Assembly: GCA_000934665.2 (NCBI GenBank)
Contig: KZ538444.1
Span: 62,001-117,212 of the forward strand
Direction: 5' to 3'
Length of the DNA: 55,212 bases
Origin: Catajapyx aquilonaris
Lineage: Eukaryota
A program made the position numbers and the translations under genes. Shown in pieces: positions 51,888 through 55,212 of this stretch; within the stretch, counting starts at the first letter, position 1; every line of letters begins with the position of its first letter. The notes below the pieces were generated by a model that saw nothing but the letters and a program-made list of their open reading frames with translations, was not told the origin of the DNA and did no database searches.

Positions 51888-53630
51888 ATGGCGTCAAAGA
51901 CAAGCCGAGCCCGTAGGAAGCCGAAGGCCAAGAGTACCGCTGGTACTCAGAATGGTGGTAACAGAATGCGTCAGAGTACCAAGAAAAAGCCCACTGGAAC
52001 TTCATCCGAGGTTGAACCTGCATGGGACACCCAAGCAGTTAGTAGGAAGCGGAAAGCCAATCCAGCAGTGGAGGTTCCCAAGACGAAGAGTAGGAAGAGC
52101 GCATCGAAGAAGAAAGCTGGAAAGGTGTCAGTTCCGACAAAGCGTGACGCAAAGAAGAAACATGGAACCACCAAGGTGGCAGCTCAGAAGCGGAAGGCCA
52201 CTCAGAAAGGCCAGTTCCAAGATGGGGAACCACGTAGTAAGAGTCTGAAGAATCAAGCGGTGGCTGCAGCTTCAGGTGTTGTGTCCAACGCTGCCAGGTC
52301 CAAAGTGACTGTTAAAGCTTCATTCCAATACAACAAGAAGGACATGGCAACTCATCAAGATCAAAGTATTGTGAAGAGGGGGAAGGTAGGCTGAAAATTT
52401 TAGTATTACGTGGAAATTTTTTACCACCACTTAATTTGTTATTTCAGGGAAAGTGTCCGTTATTCGCAAAACTGCCCCCAGAATTACTTACGAAATTCTT
52501 CATATACCTAAGAAGCGAGGACCTTTTGAACGCTTCACTGGTTTGCAGGTCTTGGAATGAAGCGGCAGTTGAAATGTTGCAAGATGTTACATTGGATGGT
52601 ACCAAGATGTCTGGCAGATGGGCAGCTTTGTTGGTCCGCACTATGAAAAAGGTCAAAACTCTTCGTCTGGTAGGGTGGAATGGAAAGATAATTGACCCCA
52701 TCCTGATTGGTGTTGGGGAAGCTCTGCCTGATCTTGAAGCACTTCTGATAGAGCGTCCAGGCGAGGCTGGTGCAGGCTATGCAGATGGTGTCACATTGCT
52801 AACTACCTTGCTAAAGTGCAACAAGATTAGGGAGCTTCATATTCGATTACTGCCAAAAGGTAAAAATGGCATTCTGAAGTCATTTTGTTGGGACTTCACA
52901 TGTCCTTGTTCCGCTTGATATTTCAGACGCAAACGGCCATCTGTTAGACTGCATGCCGCTAGAGTGGAATGTGAGCAAGTTTACTTTCACCACTGCAGCG
53001 GCTATCAATAAGACACCAGACACGCAGGTTGCTCGGAATTGGGCCACACTGAGAGATGTCACCTTAGGAGGTCCGAGTGATGAGGAATTTCAAATAGTGG
53101 TTGCTGCCTCATGCGGTCAGCTGAGGAAGTTGCGGCTAGGGAGCCTAGAAATATTAAGTGGGGAGTCTTTATTCATGGCCCTGTCAAAATTCCAGCTCCT
53201 AGAAGAGCTGCACATAGAGAATGGTTTTGGGATGAGTGACTACTGGCTGCTAAATGGAGTGGGGACTGTCACAAACTTGCAGCAACTCACACTACGACGG
53301 TGGAGTTTCCCACCTGAAGCTCTGTACGAGTTTCTTTCCCGTGAAAATGTGGTTGGAAAACTGGTAACCCTTGACCTCTCCTACACCTGTGCAGATGCCT
53401 ACCATGTGTCCCTCATTGCAGATATGTGCCCTCTCCTTACTCGTCTCTCCATTATTGGCTGTAGAAATGTTACCCTTGATTCCCTTCTTCACCTGATGAA
53501 TAACACACCCATTGTTCGTCTTGACCTGTACGATTGCTTCTCACCGCGAAAGATGAAATTTAACATTAAAAAGATAACGGAAGTTTGGCCAACCATGATT
53601 GTAATTAACTGTTCTCCTATTAAGCACTGA
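51888..53630 (+). CDS. F-box/LRR protein, cluster copy 5 (~537 aa), Lys/Arg-rich N-terminal tail
   Basis: Exons 51888-52385, 52448-52859, 52927-53630. F-box KLPPELLTKFFIYL..ASLVCRSWNEAA; LRRs such as LTRLSIIGCRNVT. Acceptor at 51875-76; AATAAA near 53903. Confidence 0.88.
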
Positions 53631-54247
53631 AGTGCCATTCTTGTGTTGCTTTCTCGGCTACTTCTTCAGTTAAAAGAATGAGATTGTTAAGCTGCCTTAG
53701 GAGTTCATAACTCTGCGTTACTGGCTGCTGCTGTTAAGATTTTTGTGAGAGAGATAGAACCTTCAGAAATTTTTTGATGTATTTGAATAATGGATATTTT
53801 CTCTGTAACTAGTTGTCAACTTATGATTTTGTGATATCATTTGCACTTCTTATGTTAATGCAGAATAATAATATTTACTTCCGGAGCTTGAGGTTCAAAG
53901 AGAATAAAATAAACCCTTACGTAGCGTATGTGGCTACACTGACAGTAATAATTAGCATTTAACTAAAAAAACATTGGAACACAATGTGAAGAATAGAAAT
54001 ACTGTCAACATGCTCTCTGTACTACACATTTTGGAAATATAACCTGGTTGATAATTTGTTTGCAGTGCATATAAGTGTTAACCCAAAAGTGTAATATTGG
54101 ATCATATGATTGTGGAGCAATGCAGGAGCTGTCATCTATTTACTGACATGCTCGTTAGTACTTGTTAGGAGCTGCTGGATAAATCCAGAAAATCTGCAAG
54201 TTTTATTCAGGAAAATGCTTACTGAACACAACTCTTTCACCACATAA

Positions 54248-54425
54248 AGGTGCGTTTACATGTGAGCGATTTGACAAGCGATGTGGAGAGAAGTCATTGC
54301 CGAGCGAAGTAACCAATATTGTTTGAAGTAAAAGTAACAATCGATTTTCGCCTCAAACAATACTGGTTACTTGGGTTACTCAGGGATGTTATCGTTTGGC
54401 GAATTGCTCACAAGTAAACACACCT
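54248..54425. mobile_element. PIF/Harbinger-like MITE with TAA TSD
   Basis: TAA|aggtgcgtttacatgtgagcgattt ... aattgctcacaagtaaacacacct|TAA. Confidence 0.8.
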
Positions 54426-55212
54426 TAAAGTACACTTTTCGGTAAGTAACAGGTTCGGTTGCAGAGAACAGTTTCATAATTTGCACCGGATTATTATTAA
54501 AGCTACATTCACATATGTTACTTATTGAGTCCAATGCCAGCAGTTAAAATAAAAGTCAACATGGCTGTTATTTTGCTTCTGACCTGTTGTGCTTCTTTGG
54601 TCCATATAGGTGTGTGAACGTATTCATTTTTGGTCCTCCCACCAACTCTATTTTTTCGTTCTGTTAAATGCATCCCCCCATATGTACATAAGCAAACTCC
54701 CATCATACCTCACTATACTATCCACCCTTATCAAGTGACCACTGTTTATGCCTTATCTTATCTTATGTTGCCCTTTTATCGTGCCCATGATGCCCTGGGG
54801 TGGGCCCACTACTTAAGCAGGCCACTGCCTTCTCTCGAGGCCAGTCGTCGGGAGAATATCCCGCGGCTGGTCGCAACTCCGCAAGTCTAGTGGTGGCTAT
54901 CACCCGGCCACCACTGGCACCTCTCCCATCCATTGTCTCTCTCGTCCTTTCCTTTCCCTCCAGATTTGGTCCATGGGTTCTGTTACATTCTTGTTAAGTT
55001 TTACGAATGTTTAATGTTTTGCAGTCGCTTTAACAAGTACTAAATAAACCAGTTTTACATGGTGAGATCCAGTTGTCTTTGTGCCATCCTGTCACAGGTG
55101 CATTCTACTCGCGTTTCTCTTTCATTTGATGTATATGTTCAGTGCCGTGTCTAGATAGAAAATCGTGGGAGGAGAAGTCAACAAATTTCGCCCCAGGGAA
55201 AATTTCGCCCCC

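Noticed and set aside
54700..55212. Possible retroelement 3' tail and the start of another repeat (aaatttcgcccc x2) at the window end
   Set aside because: No ORF, TSD or second terminus is visible within the window.

Overview
Eukaryotic genomic DNA, most likely arthropod (GT-AG introns, many only 54-65 nt; TTAGG repeats; a Cad89D-type cadherin). No prokaryotic features or CRISPR array. (1) 1-9255, minus strand: 5' part of a Cadherin-89D-like gene, with 8 coding exons reconstructed by hand. It probably has a non-coding first exon near 26.9-27.7 kb and a long intron full of MITEs and foldbacks. (2) 28976-30902, minus strand: complete 5-exon BRCC36/BRCC3 JAMM deubiquitinase. Its inferred 5'-UTR intron holds a full, long-TIR DD41D Tc1/mariner element (31147-33638). 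The transposase ORF has its own splice acceptor and poly(A) signal, is broken by one TGA only, and looks like an alternative terminal exon. (3) 36978-53630, plus strand, head-to-head with BRCC36: five tandem, highly diverged F-box/LRR genes with variable basic N-terminal tails (H1/protamine-like, myristoylation-like, internally triplicated). Two of the five seem to have no promoter of their own. All exon models and family calls come from reading the sequence; no database search was run.
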